Shown: positions 1 to 10,986 of the stretch, in pieces | Numbering within the stretch: position 1 is the first letter of the stretch | Layout of the letters: each line of letters starts with the position of its first letter | Assembly: GCA_007126035.1 (NCBI GenBank) | Contig: SLCC01000019.1 | Span: 31,781 to 95,780, forward strand | Direction: 5' to 3' | DNA length: 64,000 nucleotides | Source: Gemmatimonadota bacterium | GTDB lineage: Bacteria > Gemmatimonadota > Gemmatimonadetes > Longimicrobiales > RSA9 | Position numbers and translations under genes: made by a program | The notes under the pieces: model-generated | What the model saw: the letters and a program-made list of their open reading frames with translations, nothing else | What the model was told of the DNA's origin: nothing | Databases searched by the model: none

Positions 1-1520
1 AAAGGCGGTTGGAGGATCCCTGCGGGGAACACGATCTCGTTCATGGTGGACGAGTAGTAGGCGTTGACCGTCTGGGGCGTCATCCCCCACTCGCCCCGGT
101 TGATGGGCTGGCCCAACCGCTCGATCATGCGTTCGAAGGAGAAGGCGGCGGCGCGCATCTGGTTGCCGGCGGCGTCGCCGTCCACCACCTCGAGAGCCGA
201 GTAATCCCGCCACTCATCGGGGTAGCCGATCTTGACGTTGAACTTGGCCAGCTTGGCCTGGGCCTCGAGCTTGGTCTCCGGGCCCATCCAGTCCAGCTCG
301 TCGATGCCCTGGCGGAAGGCGACCAGGAGGTTGTCCACCAGCTCCTGCATCCGGGCCCTGGCCTCGGCGCTGAAGTGCCGCTCCACGTACAGGCGGCCAG
401 CCACCTCGCCGAGGGCGCTCTCGGTGGCGCCGACGGCCCGCTTCCAGCGCGGCGGCGCCTCATCGAGGCCGGCCAGCACGCGCCCGCGGAACTCGAACTG
501 GGCCTCACCGAAGGCGCGGGGCAGCACGCCGGCGTAGGAGTCGAGGAGCTTGAAGGTCATGTACTGGCGCCAGGTCTCCAGCGGTGTCTCCTCGATGATA
601 CTGGCCATGGCTTCCAGGTAGTCGGGCTGCCGGACCACCACGCCGGGGCTCCGGTCCGCGCCGGTCGCCGCCAGGACCACGCCCCAGTCGAAGGTGGGCG
701 TGAGCTCCTGCAGCTCCTGGAACGTCATGAGGTTGTAGGTGGCCTCACGATCACGGTTCCGGACCCGGTCCCAGTGGGCCTGGGCGATGGCGGTCTCCAG
801 GTCCAGGATAGCCCGGGCCGGGCCGGCCGGGTCGGGGTGCCCCGCTTCCCGGAGCAGGGCCTCCGCGTAGCTGACGTAGCCGTCGCGCATGCGCTCGAGG
901 CTGGCGCCATCGCCGGAGTAGTAGTCTCTCTGGGGCAGGCCCAGCCCGGATTGGCTGATGGATGCGATGTAGCGGTCCGACCGCCGCTGGTCCTGTCCCA
1001 CGAAGAGACCGTAGGGCGTCTGAACCCGCAGGCGCTGGAGGTGGGCGAACTGGGCCGGAAGCTCGGAGCGGTCCCGGATAGCGGTAATCCGGTCCAGCTC
1101 CGCCTGGATAGGCCGGAGGCCCAATCCCTCGATCCGGTCCTCGTCCAGATGACTCCGATAGTAGTCCGCCACCTTCTGGAGGTCCGAGCCGCGGGGATGA
1201 TTGCTGTCCGCTGCGGCCTCTTCCAGGATGGCGTGCAGCGCCTCCTCGCTCTGCATCCGGAGCGCGTCGAAGGTGCCGAAGCTGGCGCGGTCGCTTGGGA
1301 TCGGCGTGCGATCCAGCCATCCGCCGTTGGCGAACCGGTAGAAGTCGTCCTGGGGCCGGACGCTGAGGTCGAAGTCCGCGGGGTCGAACCCGAGCAGGGC
1401 GGACGCCTGACCGCTGGGGGCCGGGGCTTCCGTCCCCGGTCCGGTGCCGCAACCGGCAATGAGCGCCACCAGCACCGGTAGCGTCGCGAGTCGCAGGTAT
1501 CGAATGGCTTTGGGCATCAT
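1..1520 (-). CDS. M13-family zinc metallopeptidase (PepO/endothelin-converting-enzyme-like) lipoprotein; the 3' end runs off the window
   Basis: Absent from the ORF track because there is no stop inside the window. My own reverse-strand translation from ATG at 1520 gives MMPKAIRYLRLATLPVLVALIAGCGTG... with lipobox IAGC. At the window edge it reads ...VNAYYSSTMNEIVFPAGILQPP(F), the conserved M13 NAYY..N.I.FPAGILQ block. The listed 9..1481(+) ORF is its antisense shadow. Confidence 0.85.
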   Translation of the reverse strand, partial: MMPKAIRYLRLATLPVLVALIAGCGTGPGTEAPAPSGQASALLGFDPADFDLSVRPQDDFYRFANGGWLDRTPIPSDRASFGTFDALRMQSEEALHAILEEAAADSNHPRGSDLQKVADYYRSHLDEDRIEGLGLRPIQAELDRITAIRDRSELPAQFAHLQRLRVQTPYGLFVGQDQRRSDRYIASISQSGLGLPQRDYYSGDGASLERMRDGYVSYAEALLREAGHPDPAGPARAILDLETAIAQAHWDRVRNRDREATYNLMTFQELQELTPTFDWGVVLAATGADRSPGVVVRQPDYLEAMASIIEETPLETWRQYMTFKLLDSYAGVLPRAFGEAQFEFRGRVLAGLDEAPPRWKRAVGATESALGEVAGRLYVERHFSAEARARMQELVDNLLVAFRQGIDELDWMGPETKLEAQAKLAKFNVKIGYPDEWRDYSALEVVDGDAAGNQMRAAAFSFERMIERLGQPINRGEWGMTPQTVNAYYSSTMNEIVFPAGILQPP

Positions 1521-1603
1521 GACCACGTCGTCTGTGAGGATTAACGCTGTAACGCCGGAGACAGACCCCGGCAACCCGCAAGATAACGCAGGTGGCCGGG
1601 CAG

Positions 1604-1745
1604 GTCACGGGATCGGGGCGAGAGGAGTCTCCCCATTTCTTCATGCGGCCGGAGCGACTCGGGCCGGCGACTCCTATGGGTTCGGCCGATCCGGGTTTTG
1701 TCCTGCCCCAGGGCGACCCCAACATTCCGACAACGTGACACGGTA
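1604..1745. repeat. Copy A of a ~140-nt conserved intergenic element (copy B at 31050..31200)
   Basis: By hand alignment, 1641-1694 and 31099-31152 are identical at 47 of 54 positions in the same orientation. Weaker similarity continues on both sides (..cacggg.. on the left, ..cgtgaca.gg on the right). Substitutions show no synonymous bias in any frame. Confidence 0.7.
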
Positions 1746-1865
1746 GGCTCGGACAGGTCGAAGGAAGCGGGACCGGGTCTCCGCAACGTTGTGATCCCGC
1801 TCCCTCCGCCACGCCAGCTCCTGGGCCCTCGTCTTCCTGCGCGCCAGCTCGTCCAGGGACGTCAT
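1674..1865 (-). CDS. small hypothetical ORF (63 aa), uncertain
   Basis: ATG at 1865 is preceded by AAGGAGGAG (reverse complement of 1868-1876). The first ~33 codons end mostly in G or C (acg tcc ctg gac gag ctg gcg cgc ...). The frame then runs into repeat copy A and the third-position bias fades. No family recognised. Confidence 0.3.
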   Translation of the reverse strand: MTSLDELARRKTRAQELAWRRERDHNVAETRSRFLRPVRAYRVTLSECWGRPGAGQNPDRPNP

Positions 1866-1892
1866 GACTCCTCCTTGCGGGGGGAGACTGCC

Positions 1893-1913
1893 TGATCCTC
1901 CAATATAGGATCA
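1893..1913. promoter_or_regulatory. Perfect palindrome TGATCCT-N7-AGGATCA in a divergent promoter region
   Basis: Read directly: tgatcct ccaatat aggatca. It lies between the small minus-strand ORF (start 1865) and the plus-strand hypothetical gene (start 2034). The AT-rich centre (aatata) is unusual for this sequence. Confidence 0.4.
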
Positions 1914-2033
1914 CTCGCCCTGTTGGTGGTGAAGGTTTCGAGTGCTCTTGCGCCGGAAGCGCACTCAACTTTGCGGACGGGTTGTGGCGGCGGTATTCTA
2001 CCGGCAGCTAGTCACCTCCACTGGACGGACTGC

Positions 2034-2555
2034 ATGGCCGAATCCTCCAACAATGCTCGCGAGCGGGGCCGGGAGTTCGTCAGGCGACGGCGCCGCCGGC
2101 TAGCTCAGCTGATCCAGCGTCCCCTGACCCCGCCGCCACCTTCTGAGGACCTGACCGAGGAGAAGCGCCGGTTCCTGTTGGAGGAGGCTGAGGACCTGTA
2201 CTGGAACGAGCTCTCGTGGGAGCAGGTGACGGAGGAAGAGGGCCTGGCTGACAGCGGTCTGGTGGAGTTCACCTTCCCTGGCTTCCTGGCCTTCACCGAG
2301 GGCCTCCTGCTGCGGGAAGTGATGCCGGACTCGCTGGCGCCGGCCAGCCCGCGGCCCGAAGTGGTGGAAGACATCCTGCAGTTTCTGGCCACTCGTTGCG
2401 TGGAGCTCGAGGGCGCGCAGGACGATGAGGCGCGCATGGAGCGGGAAGTCATCGTGCGGCTGATCGATCTGGTCCTCTACCGGCAGCACGGGATCGACGT
2501 GGAGGAGGTCGAGCGACTGGAGGAGGGGACGCCGTGGAGGGATCCGGACGTCTGA
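2034..2555 (+). CDS. hypothetical acidic protein
   Basis: In-frame Met (MAESSNNARERGREF...) inside track ORF 1923..2555. Coding-like composition, but no family recognised. Confidence 0.5.
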   Translation: MAESSNNARERGREFVRRRRRRLAQLIQRPLTPPPPSEDLTEEKRRFLLEEAEDLYWNELSWEQVTEEEGLADSGLVEFTFPGFLAFTEGLLLREVMPDSLAPASPRPEVVEDILQFLATRCVELEGAQDDEARMEREVIVRLIDLVLYRQHGIDVEEVERLEEGTPWRDPDV

Positions 2556-3373
2556 ATCCGGATGCTTTGCATCCCGTCCTGTGTGGTGGTCCGCTGCTCA
2601 TAGGACACAGGGGTGCGGCGGGCCTGGTGCCCGAGAACACCATGGCCTCGTTCCGGGACGCAGTGGACCGCTGGGCCGTGGACATGGTCGAGTTGGATGT
2701 GAGGGCTTCCGCTGATGGCCACTGCGTGGTCATCCACGACCCGACCCTGGATCGGACCACCGACGGCTCGGGCCCCGTGGCCGGCATGACGCTGGCCGAG
2801 CTACAGGCGCTGGACGCCGGCTACCGCTTTCAGGACGAGCAGGGGCGCTACCCGTTCCGGGGGCAGGGTCTCCGGATCCCCACAATCCACCAGGTCCTGG
2901 AAGAGCTGCCAGAGACACCCCTCACGGTGGAGGTCAAGATCGGCACCGCCCAGACCCCTCTCTTCCAGGCCATCCGGGAGCACGACGCCATTGACAGGGT
3001 GATCGTGGCGGGGATGCGTCATGAGGACCGATCCCTCTTCAGCGGCTACGGCGGGGTGCGGAGCGGGTCGACGAGGGACGTGAGGGGGTTCTACCTGCTG
3101 CACCGGCTCTTTGCCGGCCGGCTCTGGCGACGCGCCTGCGATGTCTTCCAGGTGCCCGAGCGGCGAGGCCTGCTCCGGCTCGTGACCCGGCGCTTCGTGA
3201 CGGACGCGGCCCGCCACGGCCTCCCCGTTCACGTCTGGACCGTGAACGACCCGGACGTGATGGAGCGGCTCCTGGACTGGGGCGTGGACGCCATCATCAC
3301 CGACAGGCCCGACCTGGCGGCAAGGGTGCTGGCCGACCGCGTCGGCAGGCCGTTGCCGCCGGGGCTGCGGTGA
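2534..3373 (+). CDS. glycerophosphodiester phosphodiesterase (GDPD family)
   Basis: LLIGHRGAAGLVPENT and VELDVRASADGHCVVIHDPTLDRTT motifs typical of GDPD/UgpQ-GlpQ enzymes. Confidence 0.85.
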   Translation: MEGSGRLNPDALHPVLCGGPLLIGHRGAAGLVPENTMASFRDAVDRWAVDMVELDVRASADGHCVVIHDPTLDRTTDGSGPVAGMTLAELQALDAGYRFQDEQGRYPFRGQGLRIPTIHQVLEELPETPLTVEVKIGTAQTPLFQAIREHDAIDRVIVAGMRHEDRSLFSGYGGVRSGSTRDVRGFYLLHRLFAGRLWRRACDVFQVPERRGLLRLVTRRFVTDAARHGLPVHVWTVNDPDVMERLLDWGVDAIITDRPDLAARVLADRVGRPLPPGLR

Positions 3374-4743
3374 GGGGCGCCCGATCCTCTCGTGCAGGAT
3401 TGGGGCTGGCAGCCCGGCTGGCCCGGGAGCTGGAGCGCTCTGCAATCCTTGACCCGGTGGCCCCGGTGGTGGTGGCCCTGTCGGGCGGGCTGGACTCGGT
3501 GGTCCTGCTCCACCTCCTCAGGTTCCCACTCAGTGACCGAGTGGGGCGCCTCTCTGCCGCCCACCTGGACCACCGGATGCGGACGGGCAGCCGCGCCGAT
3601 GCCGGCTGGGTGGCCGGTCTCTGCCGGGCCTGGCGCGTGCCCCTGGTAATGGAGCGGGCGGAGCCACCGCCACGTTCAGAGGCAGAGGCCAGAAGGGTAC
3701 GCTACGCCTTCCTCGAAAACGTGGCGCCGTCGGGCGCCTGTGTGGTCACGGCCCATCATGCGGACGACCAGGCGGAGACGGTCCTCTTCCGGCTGGCCCG
3801 GGGGACGGGTGTAGGCGGACTCCGTGGCATCGCTCCCCGGCGGGGCCGCATCGTCAGGCCGCTCCTCCCGTTCACCCGCGCCGAGCTGGAAGAGTACGCC
3901 CTCGCGCGGAGGCTCGGCTACCGCACCGACCCCACCAACGTGGACCTCCGTTACGCGCGCAACCGTATCCGACACCAGGTCATCCCGGCCCTGGAGCGGA
4001 TCCGCCCCGGCGTGGCCTCCCGCATGGCTCACCTGGCCCAGGACGCCAGGCGCGCCGAGGCGGCGTGGGAGCAGGCGGTGGAGGCGGTGGCGGCACATGT
4101 AATCGTGGAAGCGGACGCGAGCACCGTCACGCTTGCTCGTGATCTGCTCCGCTCCTATCATCCGCACCTGCGTGCCCGGCTGCTCCGTCACCTGCTACGC
4201 CGCTACGGAACCGCGCCCGGAAGGGCAGGAACTCATGCGGCGTTGGAGTTTATTAACTCCGGGCCGAGCGGGGCGGGTCTGGACCTGCCCGCGGGACTTC
4301 GCCTGGAGCGCGACTTCGACCATGTCCGGATCGTGGCGCCAGTGGCGGCAGAGGCTACGGACGCCGCGGACCGACCGGTGCAGATCCCCGGTCCGCGACC
4401 GGGATCGGGGCGGGCGGTGGTCGGTGGCCGGACCCTCGAGGTACGCTGGGGCCCCGGCGCCGCCGGCGGTGAGACGATAAGCGTGCCGGCGCCCGCGTAT
4501 CCGCTGCTGTTGCGGCGCTGGCGGCCCGGGGACCGAATCCGCTTCGACTACGGGTCGAAGAAGCTGAAGAAGCTGCTGGGCGAGCGGCGCCTGGATCGGC
4601 GCGCGCGCGAGCGCGTTCCGGTGCTGGTCGATCGGCAGGGAGAAGTACTCTGGGCAGTCGGGATAGCCCGCGCCAGGGGCGTGGGTGTGGGAGGGGATGG
4701 GGAGGACTTCCTGATCGCGGTGAGTGATGTCGGAGACGCGTGA
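3370..4743 (+). CDS. tilS: tRNA(Ile)-lysidine synthetase
   Basis: PP-loop VVALSGGLDSVVLLHLL. Sits in the conserved tilS-hpt-ftsH order. Confidence 0.85.
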   Translation: MRGARSSRAGLGLAARLARELERSAILDPVAPVVVALSGGLDSVVLLHLLRFPLSDRVGRLSAAHLDHRMRTGSRADAGWVAGLCRAWRVPLVMERAEPPPRSEAEARRVRYAFLENVAPSGACVVTAHHADDQAETVLFRLARGTGVGGLRGIAPRRGRIVRPLLPFTRAELEEYALARRLGYRTDPTNVDLRYARNRIRHQVIPALERIRPGVASRMAHLAQDARRAEAAWEQAVEAVAAHVIVEADASTVTLARDLLRSYHPHLRARLLRHLLRRYGTAPGRAGTHAALEFINSGPSGAGLDLPAGLRLERDFDHVRIVAPVAAEATDAADRPVQIPGPRPGSGRAVVGGRTLEVRWGPGAAGGETISVPAPAYPLLLRRWRPGDRIRFDYGSKKLKKLLGERRLDRRARERVPVLVDRQGEVLWAVGIARARGVGVGGDGEDFLIAVSDVGDA

Positions 4744-5293
4744 CCTGGGCGGCGCGGTGGACGGCGGAGGGGTCGAGCGGGTGGTCTTAACCGCCCATGA
4801 GATCGCGGCGCGCGTGGCCGAACTGGCTCACGAGATCACAGGGGCCTATCCCGGCAACGAGCCGCTTCTGGTGCTCGGGCTGCTGAAGGGGTCCTTCATC
4901 TTCATGGCGGACCTGGTCCGTCAGCTGGACAGGCCGGTGCTGGTGGACTTCCTGGTAGCGGCAAGCTACGGAGAAGGGACGGTGTCCAGTGGTGAGGTCC
5001 GGCTCCTCTACGAGCCAGAGACGGGGCTCGAGGGCAAGCACGTGATCCTCATCGAGGACATAGTGGACAGTGGGACCACCATCAACCGGCTGGTCCCCGT
5101 ACTGGTGGAGCGGGAGCCTCGCTCCCTCGAGATCTGCGCGTTGCTGCACAAGCGGCTGAGCGCCAAGCTGGCGCTCGAACCCCGCTGGGTGGGGTTCGAC
5201 GCGCCGCAGGAGTTTCTGGTCGGGTACGGACTCGATCATGGCGAGAGCTTCAGGCAATTGCCCTTCATCGGGAGCCTGAAGTCACCTCAGTAA
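4724..5293 (+). CDS. hpt: hypoxanthine phosphoribosyltransferase
   Basis: PRPP-binding motif VILIEDIVDSGTT, also LLKGSFIFMADL. Lies between tilS and ftsH. Confidence 0.9.
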   Translation: MMSETRDLGGAVDGGGVERVVLTAHEIAARVAELAHEITGAYPGNEPLLVLGLLKGSFIFMADLVRQLDRPVLVDFLVAASYGEGTVSSGEVRLLYEPETGLEGKHVILIEDIVDSGTTINRLVPVLVEREPRSLEICALLHKRLSAKLALEPRWVGFDAPQEFLVGYGLDHGESFRQLPFIGSLKSPQ

Positions 5294-5302
5294 AGGAAGT
5301 CG

Positions 5303-7423
<2,121 letters not shown>

Positions 7424-7428
7424 CGGGG

Positions 7429-8358
7429 ATGGCGGCAGACGCGTTTCGTACCGGCCCCGACCTTCCCGGATGTGACGCGGGGATCGACTCCAGTTCGGAG
7501 CCAGGTCCCCGCACGTCATCGTGGCGGCTGCCCGGCCACGAGCTGAGTCTCGACCGCCCCACGGTGATGGGCATCCTGAACGTGACACCAGACTCGTTCT
7601 GGGACGGCGGCCAGTACGATGACGTGAGCGCCGCCGTGGCGCGGGCCCGGGAGCTGGTGGCGGGAGGCGCCGACATCCTCGACATCGGAGGCGAGTCCAC
7701 CCGGCCAGGGGCCCGGGCGGTGCCCGCAGACCAGGAAGCGGCCCGCGTAGTGCCGGTCGTCCGGGCCTGCACCAAGCGCTGGCCCGATCTGGCCGTTTCG
7801 GTGGACACCGTGAAATCGGAGGTGGCGGCCGCGGCGATGGATGCGGGAGCCACCGTGGTGAACGACGTCTCCGGCTTCCGCCTCGACCCCGCCCTGGCCA
7901 GCCTGTGCGCCCGCCGGGGCGCCGGCGTGGTTCTGATGCACTCGCGGGGCAGCATAGAGGAGATGGCGAGCTACCAGACCGCAACCTATGGCAATGATCC
8001 GGTGGGTGAGGTGGTCGCGGAGCTGGCCGCCGCCGCCGAGCGGGCCATGGCCGCAGGCGTCGCCCGTGAGGCCATCGTCCTGGATCCGGGGCTCGGGTTC
8101 TCCAAGCGCACCGAGCACAGCGTAGCCTGCCTCAGGGAGTTGGGCCGGATCGTGGACCTGGGCTTCCCCGTGCTCCTAGGGCCCTCACGGAAACGGTTCA
8201 TTGGTGAGCTGGCAGGAGGCGTCCCCGCCGGTCAACGACTGCCCGGCACCATCGCCGCATGTGTCACCGGCTGGCTCACCGGAGCCCGCCTCTTCAGGGT
8301 CCATGACCCCGGCCCGGTACGTCAGGCCCTCCACGTCGCCCTCTCCATAGCCGGTTGA
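7429..8358 (+). CDS. folP: dihydropteroate synthase
   Basis: VMGILNVTPDSFWDGG and DIGGESTRPGA motifs. Confidence 0.9.
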   Translation: MAADAFRTGPDLPGCDAGIDSSSEPGPRTSSWRLPGHELSLDRPTVMGILNVTPDSFWDGGQYDDVSAAVARARELVAGGADILDIGGESTRPGARAVPADQEAARVVPVVRACTKRWPDLAVSVDTVKSEVAAAAMDAGATVVNDVSGFRLDPALASLCARRGAGVVLMHSRGSIEEMASYQTATYGNDPVGEVVAELAAAAERAMAAGVAREAIVLDPGLGFSKRTEHSVACLRELGRIVDLGFPVLLGPSRKRFIGELAGGVPAGQRLPGTIAACVTGWLTGARLFRVHDPGPVRQALHVALSIAG

Positions 8359-8362
8359 GCTC

Positions 8363-9151
8363 ATGTTCGATGTCCTCTCCCGATACCAATTCCTCCTGCC
8401 CCGGCTCGGCGACATCATCCAGATCCTCATCGTCGCTGTCGGGGTCTACTACGTGCTCCGACTCCTGGCACGGACCAGGGCCATGCAGATGCTCTTCGGG
8501 CTGCTGGTGCTGGCCGCCATCTATTTCGTCGCTGGCATCCTCAACCTGGAGCTCATACGCCGGATCCTGGACTATACCTTCCAGTACGGCATCATCGCGG
8601 CGCTGATCGTCTTCCACCCCGAGCTCAGAAGCGCCCTGGCCCGCCTGGGCCAGAGCCGTATGCTCAAATTCTTCAACAAGGTAGAAGAGAGCGTGGTGGT
8701 CGAGGAGCTGGTCGAAGCGGTGGAACGCCTGTCCAGGGCCAGGATAGGTGGCATCATAGCCATTCAGCGGGACGTGGGGCTCGACGAGTATGCCGAGACC
8801 GGCACCCGGATCCACGCTCGCGTCTCCGCAGACATCATCGTCAGCATCTTCGCACCCTTCGGTCCACTCCACGACGGCGCCGTCCTGATCAGCGGCGACA
8901 CCCTCATCGCCGCAGGGGTGATCCTGCCCCTCACACAGTTCCCGGTGGGCGATAAGAGCCTGGGCACCCGCCACCGCGCCGCTATCGGGCTGTCGGAAGA
9001 GACGGACGCCCTGGTGATAGTCGTGAGCGAGGAGACTGCCCAGGTCTCCGTCGCTCGACGGGGCCGACTCGAGAGGAACGTCTCGCCCGAAAGGCTCCGC
9101 TCCACACTGGCAGGCATCACGAGCGCTCGACCGGCGCCCGCGAGCACCTGA
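8363..9151 (+). CDS. cdaA: diadenylate cyclase CdaA (DisA_N domain, membrane-anchored)
   Basis: N-terminal TM helices, then HDGAVLISGD and LGTRHRAAIGLSEETDALVIVVSEETAQVSVA. Confidence 0.85.
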   Translation: MFDVLSRYQFLLPRLGDIIQILIVAVGVYYVLRLLARTRAMQMLFGLLVLAAIYFVAGILNLELIRRILDYTFQYGIIAALIVFHPELRSALARLGQSRMLKFFNKVEESVVVEELVEAVERLSRARIGGIIAIQRDVGLDEYAETGTRIHARVSADIIVSIFAPFGPLHDGAVLISGDTLIAAGVILPLTQFPVGDKSLGTRHRAAIGLSEETDALVIVVSEETAQVSVARRGRLERNVSPERLRSTLAGITSARPAPAST

Positions 9152-9181
9152 CGGATTCCCGTTCTTCCGGCTTAGTGCGCG

Positions 9182-9210
9182 TTGACACTAATCCGAGCCT
9201 CTCCTAGATT
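9182..9210 (+). promoter_or_regulatory. sigma70-like promoter TTGACA-N17-TAGATT for the exbB operon
   Basis: TTGACA at 9182-9187, a 17-nt spacer, TAGATT at 9205-9210. It lies about 70 nt upstream of the exbB ATG (9282). Confidence 0.45.
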
Positions 9211-9281
9211 CTACAGGATTCAAGGGAACCATCTAAACCGGCCCCTCGCAATCTCGGGGCACGCATCGCAGGCGGTACCAC

Positions 9282-10100
9282 ATGAATGAACAGCTGGCGC
9301 AAGGCGCAGACGGCGGGTTCAACCTCTTGAACCTGTTCGCGGACGGCGGGCCCATGATGTACCCTCTCATCATCTGCTCGCTGCTCGCCTTCGGAGTAAT
9401 AATCGCCAAGGCCTGGACACTCTGGGTCGCGCACAAGGAGTCCCGCGGGCTCCTGGCCGAGATGGAGAGCCTCGGACAGGAGGGTCGTATCGATGAGGCA
9501 CTCCGCCTCGCCGAGGAACGGCCAGGCCCGGTGGCGGCCATCCTCCATTCCGGCCTGCGCCGTGTCCATGAAAAGAACATCACGGGCCGGGACGTGGAGA
9601 AGGCGGTGCAGACCACGGGCGTCATCGAGCTGGGCTTCCTGGAGCGCGGCCTCGTCGTCCTGGCCACCATTGCCAACGTGGCACCGCTCATGGGCTTCCT
9701 GGGCACCGTGGCCGGGATGATCGCGGCCTTTGGCGCCATCGCCGAGGCGGGGCAGGTGGAAGCGTCCCTGGTGGCCGGCGGCATCAAGGTTGCACTGATC
9801 ACCACCGCTACCGGGTTGATCATTGCCGTTCCTGTCAACATCGGATACAACTTCTTCGTGACGCGTATCGACAAGCTGATCGTGGACATGGAGGAGGGCA
9901 CCGGCGCCGTGCTCCGGATGATCTGGAGTCTGGAAAGCAAAGGTCAGATGCTCGCGCCGGCCGGGGCGGGAGGAACAACTCCGGCCTCGCCGGTTATGAG
10001 AACTACGGACCCGGCTGAATCGATCCACGACACGGCGCCGGAGCAGAAGCCGTACAGGGATCCGGTGCAGCGAGCTCCGGAAGACACGCAGCTGGACTGA
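9282..10100 (+). CDS. exbB: MotA/TolQ/ExbB proton-channel protein
   Basis: ATIANVAPLMGFLGTVAGMIAAF motif and three TM segments. Followed by two exbD genes and tonB. Confidence 0.85.
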   Translation: MNEQLAQGADGGFNLLNLFADGGPMMYPLIICSLLAFGVIIAKAWTLWVAHKESRGLLAEMESLGQEGRIDEALRLAEERPGPVAAILHSGLRRVHEKNITGRDVEKAVQTTGVIELGFLERGLVVLATIANVAPLMGFLGTVAGMIAAFGAIAEAGQVEASLVAGGIKVALITTATGLIIAVPVNIGYNFFVTRIDKLIVDMEEGTGAVLRMIWSLESKGQMLAPAGAGGTTPASPVMRTTDPAESIHDTAPEQKPYRDPVQRAPEDTQLD

Positions 10101-10114
10101 GGAAGTAGAGAGCA

Positions 10115-10534
10115 ATGTCAATTCTCAAGAAGAGGTCACGGGCGTCAGGCGAGATCCCCATGGCCGGTATGGCCGACATCGCCTTTCTCCTGCTCATCTT
10201 CTTCATCGTCACCACGATCTTCGACGAGCAGAAGGGACTGAGCATCGTGTTGCCGGAGCGAGGCGAGGAGGTTGACATCCCCGCCCGCAACATCCTGCAC
10301 CTGGTGGTCCAGCCCGATGGCGTCGTCGAGATCCAGAGAGGCGAGAGCCCCCAGATCCAGCGCGTCACCGCGGCCCAGGTAGAAGGGATCTGGCGGATGG
10401 AGGTGGCGCAGAACGAGAACCTGATCGCAGCGGTGAAGACCGCTCCCAACGCGCCCTATCGATTCATGATCGACGTACTGGATCGACTGGAAGTGGCTGG
10501 GGCCACGCGCGTTAACCTCGGACTTCTGGAGTAG
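10115..10534 (+). CDS. exbD: ExbD/TolR biopolymer transport protein
   Basis: MADIAFLLLIFFIVTT N-terminal TM signature. Confidence 0.85.
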   Translation: MSILKKRSRASGEIPMAGMADIAFLLLIFFIVTTIFDEQKGLSIVLPERGEEVDIPARNILHLVVQPDGVVEIQRGESPQIQRVTAAQVEGIWRMEVAQNENLIAAVKTAPNAPYRFMIDVLDRLEVAGATRVNLGLLE

Positions 10535-10540
10535 CATAGT

Positions 10541-10984
10541 ATGTTGACGGGCGGAGGACTCGAACGGAAGTCGAAGGCGTCCAGCGACATCCCATCATCG
10601 TCGCTGGCCGATATGGCCTTCTTGCTTCTCATCTTCTTCATGGTCACCACCACGTTCCCCCAGGAGCGCCCCATGCGGATGCCCTGGCCCGAGGCGGAGG
10701 CCACCGAGAAGCTTGACGAGGCGAGGCGCAACATCCTGAACATCTTCGTCACACAGGACGGAGAGGTGTTCATTAACGACCGCCTCACCCCCATGGAACA
10801 GGTGTCGAGCGTCATCGCTCCAATCTATGTGGACAACCGGCGACTCCTCATCTCACTGCGGGCGGATCGGAATACGCCTTATTCCGTGATCCATAACATC
10901 CAGGAAGAAATGCAGGAGGCAGGCGCTCTGCGTCTGACTTTCTATACGGACCTCGAGCAGCGCGTCAGGCGCGAGCGGAGGTAG
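10541..10984 (+). CDS. exbD: ExbD/TolR biopolymer transport protein (second copy)
   Basis: LADMAFLLLIFFMVTTTF signature. Confidence 0.85.
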   Translation: MLTGGGLERKSKASSDIPSSSLADMAFLLLIFFMVTTTFPQERPMRMPWPEAEATEKLDEARRNILNIFVTQDGEVFINDRLTPMEQVSSVIAPIYVDNRRLLISLRADRNTPYSVIHNIQEEMQEAGALRLTFYTDLEQRVRRERR

Positions 10985-10986
10985 CT

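Noticed and set aside
9-1481. 490-aa plus-strand ORF
   Set aside because: It is antisense to a clearly recognisable M13 peptidase gene, it has low-complexity Gly/Ala/Val/Leu composition, and it belongs to no family. The same reasoning applies to other long shadow ORFs: 14422..16623(+), 19281..20654(-), 24020..25585(-), 37338..39017(+), 43495..44670(-), 54399..55520(-), 58001..59791(-) and 61125..62477(-).
9240-9260. Hairpin GCCCC...GGGGC in the exbB leader as a riboswitch or attenuator
   Set aside because: Only 4-5 bp pair, with an 11-nt loop, and no conserved motif is recognised.
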